The notes under the pieces: model-generated
Database searches by the model: none
Told to the model about the DNA's origin: nothing
What the model saw: the letters and a program-made list of their open reading frames with translations, nothing else
Part shown: piece by piece, positions 1 through 9,342 of the stretch
How positions within the stretch are numbered: the first letter of the stretch is position 1
Layout of the letters: the number at the start of each line of letters is the position of its first letter
Virus record (IMG/VR): IMGVR_UViG_3300021405_000007
Location: 1-64,000 of that record
Source: a virus
DNA: 64,000 nt
Direction: 5' to 3' (one strand)
Made by a program: the position numbers and the translations under genes

Positions 1-113
1 GTTAGTTCTAACCAAAGAAATAGTCTTTGAATCCACATTCAAAAGTTGAGAAAATGAATTTTTTATATGAATATTAATCATATAACAAGTTTATAATAAA
101 ATTGATATAAAAG

Positions 114-141
114 TAAAGGTTTATATAAAAAATACCGATAG
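114..141 (+). promoter_or_regulatory. sigma-28-type promoter
   Basis: TAAAGGTT-N12-ACCGATAG, intergenic, upstream of the CYTH gene. Confidence 0.65.
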
Positions 142-203
142 AGTAAATAGACTGGATTTTCTTGCTTGATCTTGCTAAGGTATAAAAAATATATGAAAGT
201 GAA

Positions 204-800
204 TTGATGCATTTTCTAGAATTAGAATTTAAACATAAAGCAAAGGGGATCTCTCTTAGAGATTTCAAAAAAGCTTTAAGTAATCTCATGAAAACTAGAA
301 AATTTGAAGTAATCACCGGAAAAAGTCCTGATTTTTATTATTCTAAGAGATTTTCAGCAGAAGAGTTTTATAGATATAGGGCAGGAGATAACCCAGAACT
401 CACAAAAAAAATAAAGTTACGAAAAAAAAATAACTGGGTTAGAATAGAAGTAGATCTACCTTTAGATGAAAAAAGGATTTCAAAAGAAATAGTAGAAAGT
501 CTAATGAATATAGAAGGTTATAAGTTCAATTTCTCTATAATAAAAACCTTTCATGTGATCAAGTTTAAAGAAGTTAACTATGTTTTTTACACAGTATATG
601 GGCCAAAAAACAATAAACTTGGCGCGTTTATAGAGGTAGAAATCAATAAAGAAAAAATTAAAGGTAAATTGAGTAGAGGTAAGCTTTTGAAGAAATATAT
701 GAAAATTCTAAATAAATCTGAAAAAGTCCTAAATTCTTTGAATTTGAATGAATCAACTAGACTCAATGAATCCATTTTCGAAATGTACAGGAAGTTTTAA
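204..800 (+). CDS. CYTH-domain (triphosphate tunnel metalloenzyme / class IV adenylate cyclase-like) protein
   Basis: N-terminal ExExK motif (LELEFK), DxYY, RxR..ELTxK, late FIEVE motif. Confidence 0.7.
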   Translation: MMHFLELEFKHKAKGISLRDFKKALSNLMKTRKFEVITGKSPDFYYSKRFSAEEFYRYRAGDNPELTKKIKLRKKNNWVRIEVDLPLDEKRISKEIVESLMNIEGYKFNFSIIKTFHVIKFKEVNYVFYTVYGPKNNKLGAFIEVEINKEKIKGKLSRGKLLKKYMKILNKSEKVLNSLNLNESTRLNESIFEMYRKF

Positions 801-801
801 T

Positions 802-1083
802 ATGTTCAAAGTGAAAATACTGTGGTTAGGTTCAGAAGGTAAGGCTATGAGTATTATTGGAACTTGCCCTAAAATACCTAAAGTAGGTTCCGAACTCAAA
901 CTTGTTATTGATGATTTAAGTAAAATAGAGGTTATATTTGGCTCGATTAAAGAGATTAGAAATGATTGTAAAGGGTTATTAGATTTTTACACAACTTTCG
1001 GCAATTTTGAATTCTTAATTTTGGAGAAGGTGGATAAATATGAAGTTATTGATTTTTCCAAGTACCAAAAAAGAAGAGTCTAA
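802..1083 (+). CDS. hypothetical protein
   Basis: ORF; ATG at 802 directly after the previous stop. Confidence 0.6.
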   Translation: MFKVKILWLGSEGKAMSIIGTCPKIPKVGSELKLVIDDLSKIEVIFGSIKEIRNDCKGLLDFYTTFGNFEFLILEKVDKYEVIDFSKYQKRRV

Positions 1084-1175
1084 ATTGGAAAAACTCTTAA
1101 AGAGGTCGTTATTAGCGCAAATACCGAAAATTCATAAACTATTTTTAAATGAAGAAAAACAAAAAGGGAAAAATA

Positions 1176-2774
1176 ATGATAAAACGTAAAATTCTAAGCA
1201 AAGAAGAAATGAAGAAGCCAATTTTAGAAGGTTTTACTAAAATGGCTGATATAGTGGCTCAAACCCTTGGGCCAGGGGGACTACCAATCTTAATTCAACG
1301 CCAAGGTCAAATGCCAAATGGAGACCCCTTAGGCCCAATGATAACAAAAGACGGTGTAACTGTAGCTAATGAGTGTTATGACTCTAATGCTGAGGTAGAT
1401 GTAGTACTTCAAGCCATCAAAGATATATGTCGCAAGACCAACAGAATGGTTGGAGACGGCACAACTACAGCAATCGTTCTAGGTCACGCAATTCTTAAAG
1501 AAGCCCTTTTATTGATAGAAGCAAAGCATGCAAACCCACAAGTAGTGAGAAATCAATTAGAAGAAACCTTAAAAGAAGTCTCTAAAAAACTAGAAGAAAT
1601 GTCAATTCCATGCACCTCCATGGATATGGTGGAGCATGTGGCCTCTATATCAGCCAATGGTGATAAGGCTATAGGAAAACTCATTAGACAGGCTTTTGAA
1701 TCAGTCGGAGTAGAGGGGGTTGTAACAGTTGACGAAGGTACCGGCAAAGACCATACATTAGATATAGTAGCAGGTTATCAGTTTCAACGTGGTGCAGAAG
1801 CTCAAGAACGGTTTTTTAACGACTCTACTAATACCAAATTTGAAGCAGAAAATGCCTATATCCTACTTTATGATGGTAGACTAGAAGATCCTAAAGGAGT
1901 AGCGGATCTTCTAGATAAACTTCAAAAGAAATTAGGACAAACAATGCCACCTATAGTCCTAGTGGCTAATGATTTTACTCCCGATATAATTCAAACGCTT
2001 CTTATATGGAAGGCAGAACTTGGGTTAAGAGTTTGTGCGGTGAAAGGGCCACACACAACCACGGTGAGAACTCAGTTTTATGAGGATATGGCTGTTTTCT
2101 TGGGTGGTTATAGATTCGGCAATGGTAATAGAAACTTAGCTAGTGCTGAATTCGATGATTTAGGACTCACAGATAAAGTGGTAATCACCAAATATACAGC
2201 AACGCTTTATGGCGGCCAAGGAACTGAAGAAGCAGTTTTAGCTAGAATAGAACAACTTAAAGTTCAAAAAACTCAAGCAGAAAGTAGTTATGACGCCAGT
2301 ATTATAGCAGATAGAATTTCTTACTTAGGTGAGGGAATAGCCAAAATAGGGGTAGGGGGATTAACAGACTTAGAAATAAAAGAAGCTTATCACCGTATTG
2401 AAGATGCTGTTAATGCTGCTAAAGTAGCCATTGAAGGTGGTATCGTAGCTGGAGGAGGTTCGGCATTACTTAGAATTTCTAAAGGTCTAAATGAGGACAC
2501 TTTTGGGAATATGATTCTTAAAAAAGCTTTAAGGGCTCCTTTTCAACAAATATTGAAGAACTTAGGTGTTGATGAAACTTCTATAGCAGCGTATGCAGAA
2601 GGTTTTATCGATGAGCGTGGATTGGTCTATGACGGCACTAAAGGATTGATAGTGCCCGGAATAGAATCTGGAGTTATAGATCCGGTAAAGGTTACTAAAA
2701 CTGCTCTGTCAGCCGCCATATCAATAGCAGGATTGATGTGCACAGCTGGGGGAGCCATTATATTTCATGAATAA
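1176..2774 (+). CDS. groEL: chaperonin GroEL (phage-encoded)
   Basis: TLGPGG, ITKDGVTVA, GDGTTTA, ISANGD, IEDAVNA, GIVAGGG, GVIDPVKV motifs; no GGM tail; start 1176 (SD AAGGG) or 1149. Confidence 0.97.
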   Translation: MIKRKILSKEEMKKPILEGFTKMADIVAQTLGPGGLPILIQRQGQMPNGDPLGPMITKDGVTVANECYDSNAEVDVVLQAIKDICRKTNRMVGDGTTTAIVLGHAILKEALLLIEAKHANPQVVRNQLEETLKEVSKKLEEMSIPCTSMDMVEHVASISANGDKAIGKLIRQAFESVGVEGVVTVDEGTGKDHTLDIVAGYQFQRGAEAQERFFNDSTNTKFEAENAYILLYDGRLEDPKGVADLLDKLQKKLGQTMPPIVLVANDFTPDIIQTLLIWKAELGLRVCAVKGPHTTTVRTQFYEDMAVFLGGYRFGNGNRNLASAEFDDLGLTDKVVITKYTATLYGGQGTEEAVLARIEQLKVQKTQAESSYDASIIADRISYLGEGIAKIGVGGLTDLEIKEAYHRIEDAVNAAKVAIEGGIVAGGGSALLRISKGLNEDTFGNMILKKALRAPFQQILKNLGVDETSIAAYAEGFIDERGLVYDGTKGLIVPGIESGVIDPVKVTKTALSAAISIAGLMCTAGGAIIFHE

Positions 2775-3153
2775 AGAAAAACCACCACTAGCTAAAGTGA
2801 AGAAAAAAACTTCTTTGATGAGGCAAAATGTGGGTAAAAGAAAAATAAATAATTCAGATAAAAATGATAAAAAAGAAGCTTTTAATGAGCTCAGGTCTGA
2901 AAATAATAAACTTAGAAAGGAAGCTGCACGACTAAGAAAAGAATTGCGAAAATACATCGAACAAGAGTATATTGAGGTTGATACAGAGTTTGAAGTAGTA
3001 GAGAAGAAGGAACCAAGAGAGTTTAAAAAGCATTGCCCTAAATGTGGAAGTCAATCAGTAAAAGAAATAGCTTTGGGGTCATATAAACTAGATATATGCG
3101 AAGATTGCACTTATAAAAAAACCAAGTTGAATAAGGGTGAGCGATGGAAATAA
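2767..3153 (+). CDS. coiled-coil plus Zn-ribbon protein
   Basis: CPKC...CEDC. Confidence 0.6.
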   Translation: MNKEKPPLAKVKKKTSLMRQNVGKRKINNSDKNDKKEAFNELRSENNKLRKEAARLRKELRKYIEQEYIEVDTEFEVVEKKEPREFKKHCPKCGSQSVKEIALGSYKLDICEDCTYKKTKLNKGERWK

Positions 3154-3698
3154 AAATCAAAGATTTGGTAACTATCGATCTTGGAAGGTATTCAACAGCG
3201 GCCAATACCTATGAGGTAGTAGGATTTTCAGAAGATAAAACAGAAGCTTTTTTAACCCATCCTATCGTAGATAAAAAATTTTTTATTAGTGCCCCACTTA
3301 AATCTTTTAATCATGTTCAGGCTAGCCTACAAAGTGCGACAGAAAGATGTCTTCTATTCGCAAAACAAAATAAAGAATTGTTAGGTTATAAACTCCAAGC
3401 AGAGTTAGAGGCTTTAATTCTTTATTTTTTTGTCAATAAAGTTTTGGCACCTACCCAGAAAGAAAGTTTATCAGCTATCTGTGCAAAAATAGGCTCAATC
3501 ATACTCAAAAATGATCTTCAACAAGCTATTGATTTGGTTAATAGTAATGAAATGGTTTTAGATGATTTTAATCGAGTGTGGTATGAAAATGCTAAAGCCC
3601 TTTTTACCGACGTTAAAAAAATATCCAATAAAAATAAGCGATTGATAGTTTGGAAAATTTCAGGATTCATAATGGCTCAAATACAAGGAGATTATTAA
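3144..3698 (+). CDS. hypothetical protein
   Basis: 184 aa ORF overlapping both neighbours. Confidence 0.6.
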   Translation: MEIKIKDLVTIDLGRYSTAANTYEVVGFSEDKTEAFLTHPIVDKKFFISAPLKSFNHVQASLQSATERCLLFAKQNKELLGYKLQAELEALILYFFVNKVLAPTQKESLSAICAKIGSIILKNDLQQAIDLVNSNEMVLDDFNRVWYENAKALFTDVKKISNKNKRLIVWKISGFIMAQIQGDY

Positions 3699-4984
3699 TG
3701 AAAAAAGTGGAAAAAGACACTGTACAGAAACTTTTCTGTAAATCTCTTAAGAAAACTGCAAAACTTTTAAAAAAGGAACCCTCGGAGGTTTCCAAGATTG
3801 AATTTTATGCAAATGATGAAGAAGATGTGACAGATTGGGCTATTAGAAAATTTGGAAGTTTCGCCGCATTAAAGGATCTATACTTTCCATCCCAAGTTGA
3901 TGCAACCGTGAAGCAGGGTTCCAAGATAGTAAGAAACTTTAGAAAAAAATTAGAAAAGGAATATGGACAACGTGATTTTATTCAAGATGAGATTCTAGGA
4001 ACTTTAAAAGAGGTTCTTGAAAAAAACCCCATAAAAATGCATAAACCAATAAAAAGTTCTTCCAAGAAAAAAGTTAAAAAGAGTAGAACTATAGTAGCTC
4101 ATATTTCAGATACACACTTTGGAACTAATATAGATACCAAAGAACTAGGTGGGGTAAATGAATATAACTGGACAATTGCTTCTCGTAGAATGGCTCTTTT
4201 TTCCGAGCAGATCGCTAAATATAAACGTCATTATCGTAATGAGACGGATCTAGTTTTAGTAGTTAATGGCGATCTAATAGGTGGTTTGATTCATAACCAA
4301 GAATGGGCGGTAGATCTCTGGACTATACAATTCGCTGGCGCGGTAGATATTATGGTTCAGGCCATATCCTACCTAGCTAATAACTTCAGTAAGGTAGTGA
4401 TAGAGTGGGGAACCGGGAATCATGGTCGTTTGGTTTCAAAAGCTGATAAGGGTAGAGCTAGTGCCCAAAAATGGGACTCCCTCGAATCTACTATAGGTTT
4501 AGCTGTTAAATTGATTATAGAAAAAACCTGCAAGAACGTTAAAATTAACATCCCCATGACACCCTATAATATTTTTGAGGTTCAAGGCCACATGTTGTTT
4601 TCTACTCATGGCGATACGGTATTTTCCACCGGCAATGTAGGAAGTTCTCTTAATATGAAAAGTATAAACACTCAAATAGCTAAGTTAAACGCTTCTGAAT
4701 TAGGAGGTGATAGGAAGTTTGCAGCCGTAATGTGCGGTCACGTACATACTCCATTAGCCACACTCACTGAGTCTGGAGCAATGATGATTATTAACGGGAC
4801 ACTGTCAGGTACCGACAGTTTTGCGCAATCCATAGGTATTTTTAGAAATAACCCAACCCAACAACTTTTTGAAGTCACGGAAGCACATGCGGTGGGAGAT
4901 ATGCGTTTTATTCAAGTTGGAACAGCAGATAAAGAAACTAGATTTGATGAGATAATTAAACCTTTTAAAGGTTTTTTAGAATAA
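3698..4984 (+). CDS. calcineurin-like metallophosphoesterase
   Basis: SDTH, NGD, GNH, HGD, GHVH motifs. Confidence 0.85.
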   Translation: MKKVEKDTVQKLFCKSLKKTAKLLKKEPSEVSKIEFYANDEEDVTDWAIRKFGSFAALKDLYFPSQVDATVKQGSKIVRNFRKKLEKEYGQRDFIQDEILGTLKEVLEKNPIKMHKPIKSSSKKKVKKSRTIVAHISDTHFGTNIDTKELGGVNEYNWTIASRRMALFSEQIAKYKRHYRNETDLVLVVNGDLIGGLIHNQEWAVDLWTIQFAGAVDIMVQAISYLANNFSKVVIEWGTGNHGRLVSKADKGRASAQKWDSLESTIGLAVKLIIEKTCKNVKINIPMTPYNIFEVQGHMLFSTHGDTVFSTGNVGSSLNMKSINTQIAKLNASELGGDRKFAAVMCGHVHTPLATLTESGAMMIINGTLSGTDSFAQSIGIFRNNPTQQLFEVTEAHAVGDMRFIQVGTADKETRFDEIIKPFKGFLE

Positions 4985-5056
4985 ACTCTTGACTAATTAA
5001 GAAGAGTGATTCAAATTAGTAAACAGTAAACTATTAAACTACGGAGCGTAAACAAA

Positions 5057-5623
5057 ATGGCTTACAAATCAGTTACCGCAAGTTACAAGTATCCAAAACT
5101 TCCCGATCCACGAGGTGTTCGTGAAGCAACAAGCGATGAAGCGAAACCCGGGGATGTGATTGCAGAAGGTACTTATCGAGGGCGGAATCGCACTCCAAGT
5201 AAATTTGGAAAATATTCTATCTTGGTAGCAGAAGAAGCAGGACAAACCGTCTCTCTCAACCCTTCTGGCCAATTAGAACGACTTTTAGAAGTTGGTCAAG
5301 TACGAGTGGGTGACCAAATACGAATTACATATGTAGGTATGGAACGTATTCAAAAAGGAGACTTCAAAGGCCAAAAAGCACACCAATTCAAGTTGGAAGT
5401 AGATGAAGAACGAAGAACAGATGCAGCAAGTCTTCCAGAATTGCCCTCAGAAGAAGATTCTTCTTTTTCAGAACTTCCAGAAGACCCTCTTTATGAACAA
5501 GATGATATTCCAGCTTCGCAGCCTCGAAAAATTGCTCATGCTGCATCAGATACTACAGTCGATACGAGTAAAAAAAGCTCTAATCAAGAATTACTAGATC
5601 GCTGGCGCAGTAAGATCAAATAA
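5057..5623 (+). CDS. putative single-stranded DNA-binding (OB-fold) protein
   Basis: beta-rich core (GDQIRITYVG...AHQFKLEV) with long acidic tail, at the head of the replication block. Confidence 0.5.
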   Translation: MAYKSVTASYKYPKLPDPRGVREATSDEAKPGDVIAEGTYRGRNRTPSKFGKYSILVAEEAGQTVSLNPSGQLERLLEVGQVRVGDQIRITYVGMERIQKGDFKGQKAHQFKLEVDEERRTDAASLPELPSEEDSSFSELPEDPLYEQDDIPASQPRKIAHAASDTTVDTSKKSSNQELLDRWRSKIK

Positions 5624-5625
5624 AA

Positions 5626-5853
5626 ATGAGCTTCAAAGAAATAACAACTTCAGAAAAAAATTGCAGGAAGATAGGAACTATAGTCGAATCCGATAAGGGT
5701 GAGGTTGAGTTCCACTTCTCTGCAGAATTAGCACTTTATGATAAAGTAACTGGAAAATATTTTAAACTAAAGAAAGCTATAAATAAAGCCGATAACTTAT
5801 TTATAGTGGATTTAGAAGATGAAAATCAGGTAAAATATTTAGGCCAAGATTAA
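5626..5853 (+). CDS. hypothetical protein
   Basis: 75 aa ORF packed in the operon. Confidence 0.55.
   Translation: MSFKEITTSEKNCRKIGTIVESDKGEVEFHFSAELALYDKVTGKYFKLKKAINKADNLFIVDLEDENQVKYLGQD
5768..5795 (+). promoter_or_regulatory. sigma-28-type promoter
   Basis: TAAAGAAA-N12-GCCGATAA in the 3' end of an ORF, upstream of the GIY-YIG/ParB/PAPS/replication genes. Confidence 0.55.
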
Positions 5854-5856
5854 AAT

Positions 5857-6672
5857 ATGATAGAACATAAAGTTATAAATGTAGGTTCGGAATCAATTTC
5901 TTATTTATCAACTAGTATGGAGGATATATCAGGGGTATATTTTATCATTAACAGCAAAAGTGGTAAGTTTTATATAGGTTCGTCTAAAAATTGCCGTAAA
6001 CGAAAAAATAATCATCTGGCTTATCTCCGAAATAATAAACACGCTTGTAAATATCTACAGTATGCCTTCAATAAAGAAGGAGAGAATTTATTTAAATTTT
6101 TCTGCATAGAAAAAACTGATAGATTAGAGGAGCGAGAGCAATTTTTTCTAGATTTATTTCGCGATTCTAACTTACTATATAATAGTCTCAAAAGTGCTTA
6201 CAGGGTAACGGGAGAACAGCATCCCATGTTCGGAAAAACTCATACAATAGAAGCAAGGGCTAAGATTAAACAGGCTAGAGAGCGGCAGATAATTAAACAT
6301 TCTAAAGAAACTCGAGCAAAAATAGGAATGGGTAATGTTGATAAACACCTTTCACAAGAAACGATCGCAAAGATTTCTAGAACTAAGAAATTGCAAAAGT
6401 TATCTCCTTGGAATAAGGGTTTAACTGCACAAACTGATAAAAGATTGGAGAGGGTGAGTTTAAATAGCTCTAAAAAATTGGATGATGAAGCTCTTATTAC
6501 TACTTTATACATTGAAGGACAAAGTATTAGTGAGATATCTCAAAAACTAAATCATGGATGGAATCAAATCAGAAAGTCTCTGGTAAGAAATGGTATTAAA
6601 ATTCGTTCAATTTCCGAACAAAGAAAATTATGGTTTCTTTTACGAGGAGATAAACATGAAAAAAGAGATTGA
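5857..6672 (+). CDS. GIY-YIG homing endonuclease with NUMOD3 repeats, free-standing
   Basis: GVY..FYIGSS..R..H; HPMFGKTHT, HSKETRAKI, PWNKG. Confidence 0.93.
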   Translation: MIEHKVINVGSESISYLSTSMEDISGVYFIINSKSGKFYIGSSKNCRKRKNNHLAYLRNNKHACKYLQYAFNKEGENLFKFFCIEKTDRLEEREQFFLDLFRDSNLLYNSLKSAYRVTGEQHPMFGKTHTIEARAKIKQARERQIIKHSKETRAKIGMGNVDKHLSQETIAKISRTKKLQKLSPWNKGLTAQTDKRLERVSLNSSKKLDDEALITTLYIEGQSISEISQKLNHGWNQIRKSLVRNGIKIRSISEQRKLWFLLRGDKHEKRD

Positions 6673-7768
6673 AGGTTTAACTAGTTTTTTGAGTTCTAAT
6701 TATTCTGGCGATGAATTAGTAGAAGCTATTAACCAAGTCAAAATTGCATTAAATAAAATATCACCGATGAAAAATCATCCTATCGACTTAGTTTTATGGG
6801 TTCCAATTAAAGAAGTTCATAAGAATGAATATAATCCCAACGCCGTAGCCCCTCTAGAATTGAAATTATTGGAACAATCAATTATTTCTGATGGTTATAC
6901 CCAACCAATCGTAACATGGGTAAGTGAAGAAAAAGGCCGAGAGATTATCGACGGTTTCCATAGATCAAAAGTAGCCAAACAATCTGAAAAAGTAGCCGAA
7001 ACACTCAATGGTTTTTTGCCGGTCACAACCGTTAGGGATACTCAAACAGATAAATCTAATCGTATGGCATCCACTATTAGGCACAATAGAGCACGTGGCA
7101 CACATGCAATCGACGCTATGTCAGAAATAGTGTTAGAGTTAAAAGCTAGAAATTGGAAAACAGAAAGAATATGCAAAGAGTTAGGTATGGAGGAAGATGA
7201 AGTATTAAGACTTTGCCAAATAACTGGTTTATCTGGGTTATTTTCAGACGTGGAATTCTCTCTTGCTTGGGAAAGTGATACAGCCTCTAATGATGACGAA
7301 CTTGATTTTTCGGCTGATTTTGAGGCTATTACTCAAAATACTAATGATAAGACTAGAATATTTCACACTTTTGATAAATGGGAAGCAGTCCCGGCTGGAT
7401 TTTTTGCACCCGGCATTAAAGGTAGATCAAAAGAAGATTGCGAAAATGAATGCTGTGCTTTTTTAGGTGATCTAGAAGCCTTTGGAAAAGGTATGGAACG
7501 GGTATTCAAAGAGTGGCCTAATTCCAGTGAGCACAACCTTACAAATAGTTCAATGAACCGAATAGCATGGCTAGGACAAGCTGCTGCTTGCATTAGCATA
7601 GGGCTACCTTCAACTTTTAGGGGCGGTTTCGCTCTTCTCCCACAGGAAAAACAAGATGCTGCTAATGCTTTGGCGTTAAAATATTTAAATAAATGGATGA
7701 TAGAAAGAGGTTTAAAACCAGTTGAAATGGAAGTGGCAGTCAGCCATAGAGAGGCGGATTTATTCTAA
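6656..7768 (+). CDS. IbrB/YbdM-like ParB/Srx protein fused to an extra C-terminal domain
   Basis: NEYNPN, DGYTQPIV, IIDGFHR, ASTIRHNRARG, LGMEEDEVLRL. Confidence 0.88.
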   Translation: MKKEIEGLTSFLSSNYSGDELVEAINQVKIALNKISPMKNHPIDLVLWVPIKEVHKNEYNPNAVAPLELKLLEQSIISDGYTQPIVTWVSEEKGREIIDGFHRSKVAKQSEKVAETLNGFLPVTTVRDTQTDKSNRMASTIRHNRARGTHAIDAMSEIVLELKARNWKTERICKELGMEEDEVLRLCQITGLSGLFSDVEFSLAWESDTASNDDELDFSADFEAITQNTNDKTRIFHTFDKWEAVPAGFFAPGIKGRSKEDCENECCAFLGDLEAFGKGMERVFKEWPNSSEHNLTNSSMNRIAWLGQAAACISIGLPSTFRGGFALLPQEKQDAANALALKYLNKWMIERGLKPVEMEVAVSHREADLF

Positions 7769-7769
7769 T

Positions 7770-9014
7770 ATGATAATACCATTAAACATATCGGTTTTAG
7801 AAGCCGCTAGAGATCGAATAAGTAAAACTTTTGACAAAATTGATCATCTATATGTTTCTTTGTCGGGAGGTAAAGATAGTACTTTAATGCTTCACTTAGT
7901 CATGGAAGAAGCAATTAAGAGAAATAAGAAAGTTGGAGTACTGATCATAGACCTAGAAGCCCAATACAAAGATACTATCGCCAATCTAGAAACTCTGGTA
8001 GAAATGTACAAAGATCATATAAACTTACACTGGGTTTGTGCTGAACTAAGATTACGAAATGCTACATCGGTATTTGAACCTTTCTGGGTATGCTGGGATG
8101 AAAAAGCAAAGGATAAATGGGTTCGCCCAAAACCTAAACTAGCAGCTGATTTAACTCAATATGATTTTTACCAACCCGAAATGGAATTTGAGGAGTTCGT
8201 ACCTCTTTTTGGAGAGTGGTATGGAGGTAATGAAACCTCAGCCGCTTTTGTTGGAATTAGAGCGGATGAATCTTTAAATCGATATAAAACGATTGCTGTT
8301 TTCAAAAAAGAAAACACTCTATACGGAAAATCTTGGTCAACTAAAATGTCGCCAACATGCTATAATATATATCCAATTTATGACTGGAAGGCTTCTGATT
8401 TATGGAAGTATCATTCAGTTTATCCAAATAAACCTCATAATAAAGTTTATGATAAAATGCAGATGGCCGGCGTACCTTTGAAACATCAAAGACTTTGCCA
8501 ACCATATGGAGATACTCAAAGACGTGGATTATGGTTATATTCCATTTTAGAAGCTGATACTTGGAGTAAATTGATAGCAAGAGTGATAGGTGCCAATTCA
8601 TATGCACTGTATGCAAAAGAAACTAACAAATATAATGGGGATGGAAGCATATCAAAACCAGAAAATTTGACTTGGGAACAATACTCAAAGGTTCTTCTTA
8701 AGAGTCTACCTAGAAAAACCGCCGAACATTACGCAGAACGTATAAGAAGATTTTTTGGTGGCTGGTCTAAAAGAGGGTACACACATATGCCGGATGAAGC
8801 AGATCACAACGTGGAAAATCTGCATTTCGCACCATCTTGGAGACGAGTCTGCAAGACTCTTTTACGGAATGATATCAATTGTAAAGGTCTTGGTTTTTCT
8901 CAACCTAAATCAGAAGCATATGGTAAATATTTAGAAATGAAGGGTAAGTTAAGAACTAAAGCAAAACCCATTAAATGGGGTGAAAAGAAAAATAAAAGTG
9001 AATCAAATAAATAA
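7770..9014 (+). CDS. IbrA/YbdN-like PAPS reductase family protein (DUF3440-type C-terminus)
   Basis: SLSGGKDS PP-loop, IDLEAQY, VGIRADESLNR, YPIYDW, QRLCQPYG, PSWRRVC..LLRND. Confidence 0.9.
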   Translation: MIIPLNISVLEAARDRISKTFDKIDHLYVSLSGGKDSTLMLHLVMEEAIKRNKKVGVLIIDLEAQYKDTIANLETLVEMYKDHINLHWVCAELRLRNATSVFEPFWVCWDEKAKDKWVRPKPKLAADLTQYDFYQPEMEFEEFVPLFGEWYGGNETSAAFVGIRADESLNRYKTIAVFKKENTLYGKSWSTKMSPTCYNIYPIYDWKASDLWKYHSVYPNKPHNKVYDKMQMAGVPLKHQRLCQPYGDTQRRGLWLYSILEADTWSKLIARVIGANSYALYAKETNKYNGDGSISKPENLTWEQYSKVLLKSLPRKTAEHYAERIRRFFGGWSKRGYTHMPDEADHNVENLHFAPSWRRVCKTLLRNDINCKGLGFSQPKSEAYGKYLEMKGKLRTKAKPIKWGEKKNKSESNK

Positions 9015-9342
9015 ACTTCAAAATAGAGTTAAACATGAATGGTTGGAAGTACCCAGAACACAAGATCTAAAAACTTGGGCGCTTCTAGGTTTAGTCAGTG
9101 AAGTTGGGGAAGTTTCCGGAGAGATAAAAAAAGCCTTCAGAGGCGAACAGTTAAACACCGAGAACTTAAAAGAAGAGCTAGGAGATACTCTTCATTATTT
9201 AATTGCTCTAGGAAACTTATACGGTTGGGATTTAGAAAGTTTAGCAGAAAGTAATAATAGTAAATTAGACAAAAGATTCCCAAAAGGATACTCTCTAGAG
9301 GACGCAATTCTTAAGAGGGATAAAAGATGCGCTACAGATTAA
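8980..9342 (+). CDS. MazG-like nucleotide pyrophosphohydrolase
   Basis: GLVSEVGEV, EELGDTLHY, N..KL..RFP. Confidence 0.88.
   Translation: MKRKIKVNQINKLQNRVKHEWLEVPRTQDLKTWALLGLVSEVGEVSGEIKKAFRGEQLNTENLKEELGDTLHYLIALGNLYGWDLESLAESNNSKLDKRFPKGYSLEDAILKRDKRCATD

Noticed and set aside
1098-1130. sigma-28-like site upstream of groEL (TAAAG...ACCGAAAA)
   Set aside because: Spacing is about 5 nt too long.
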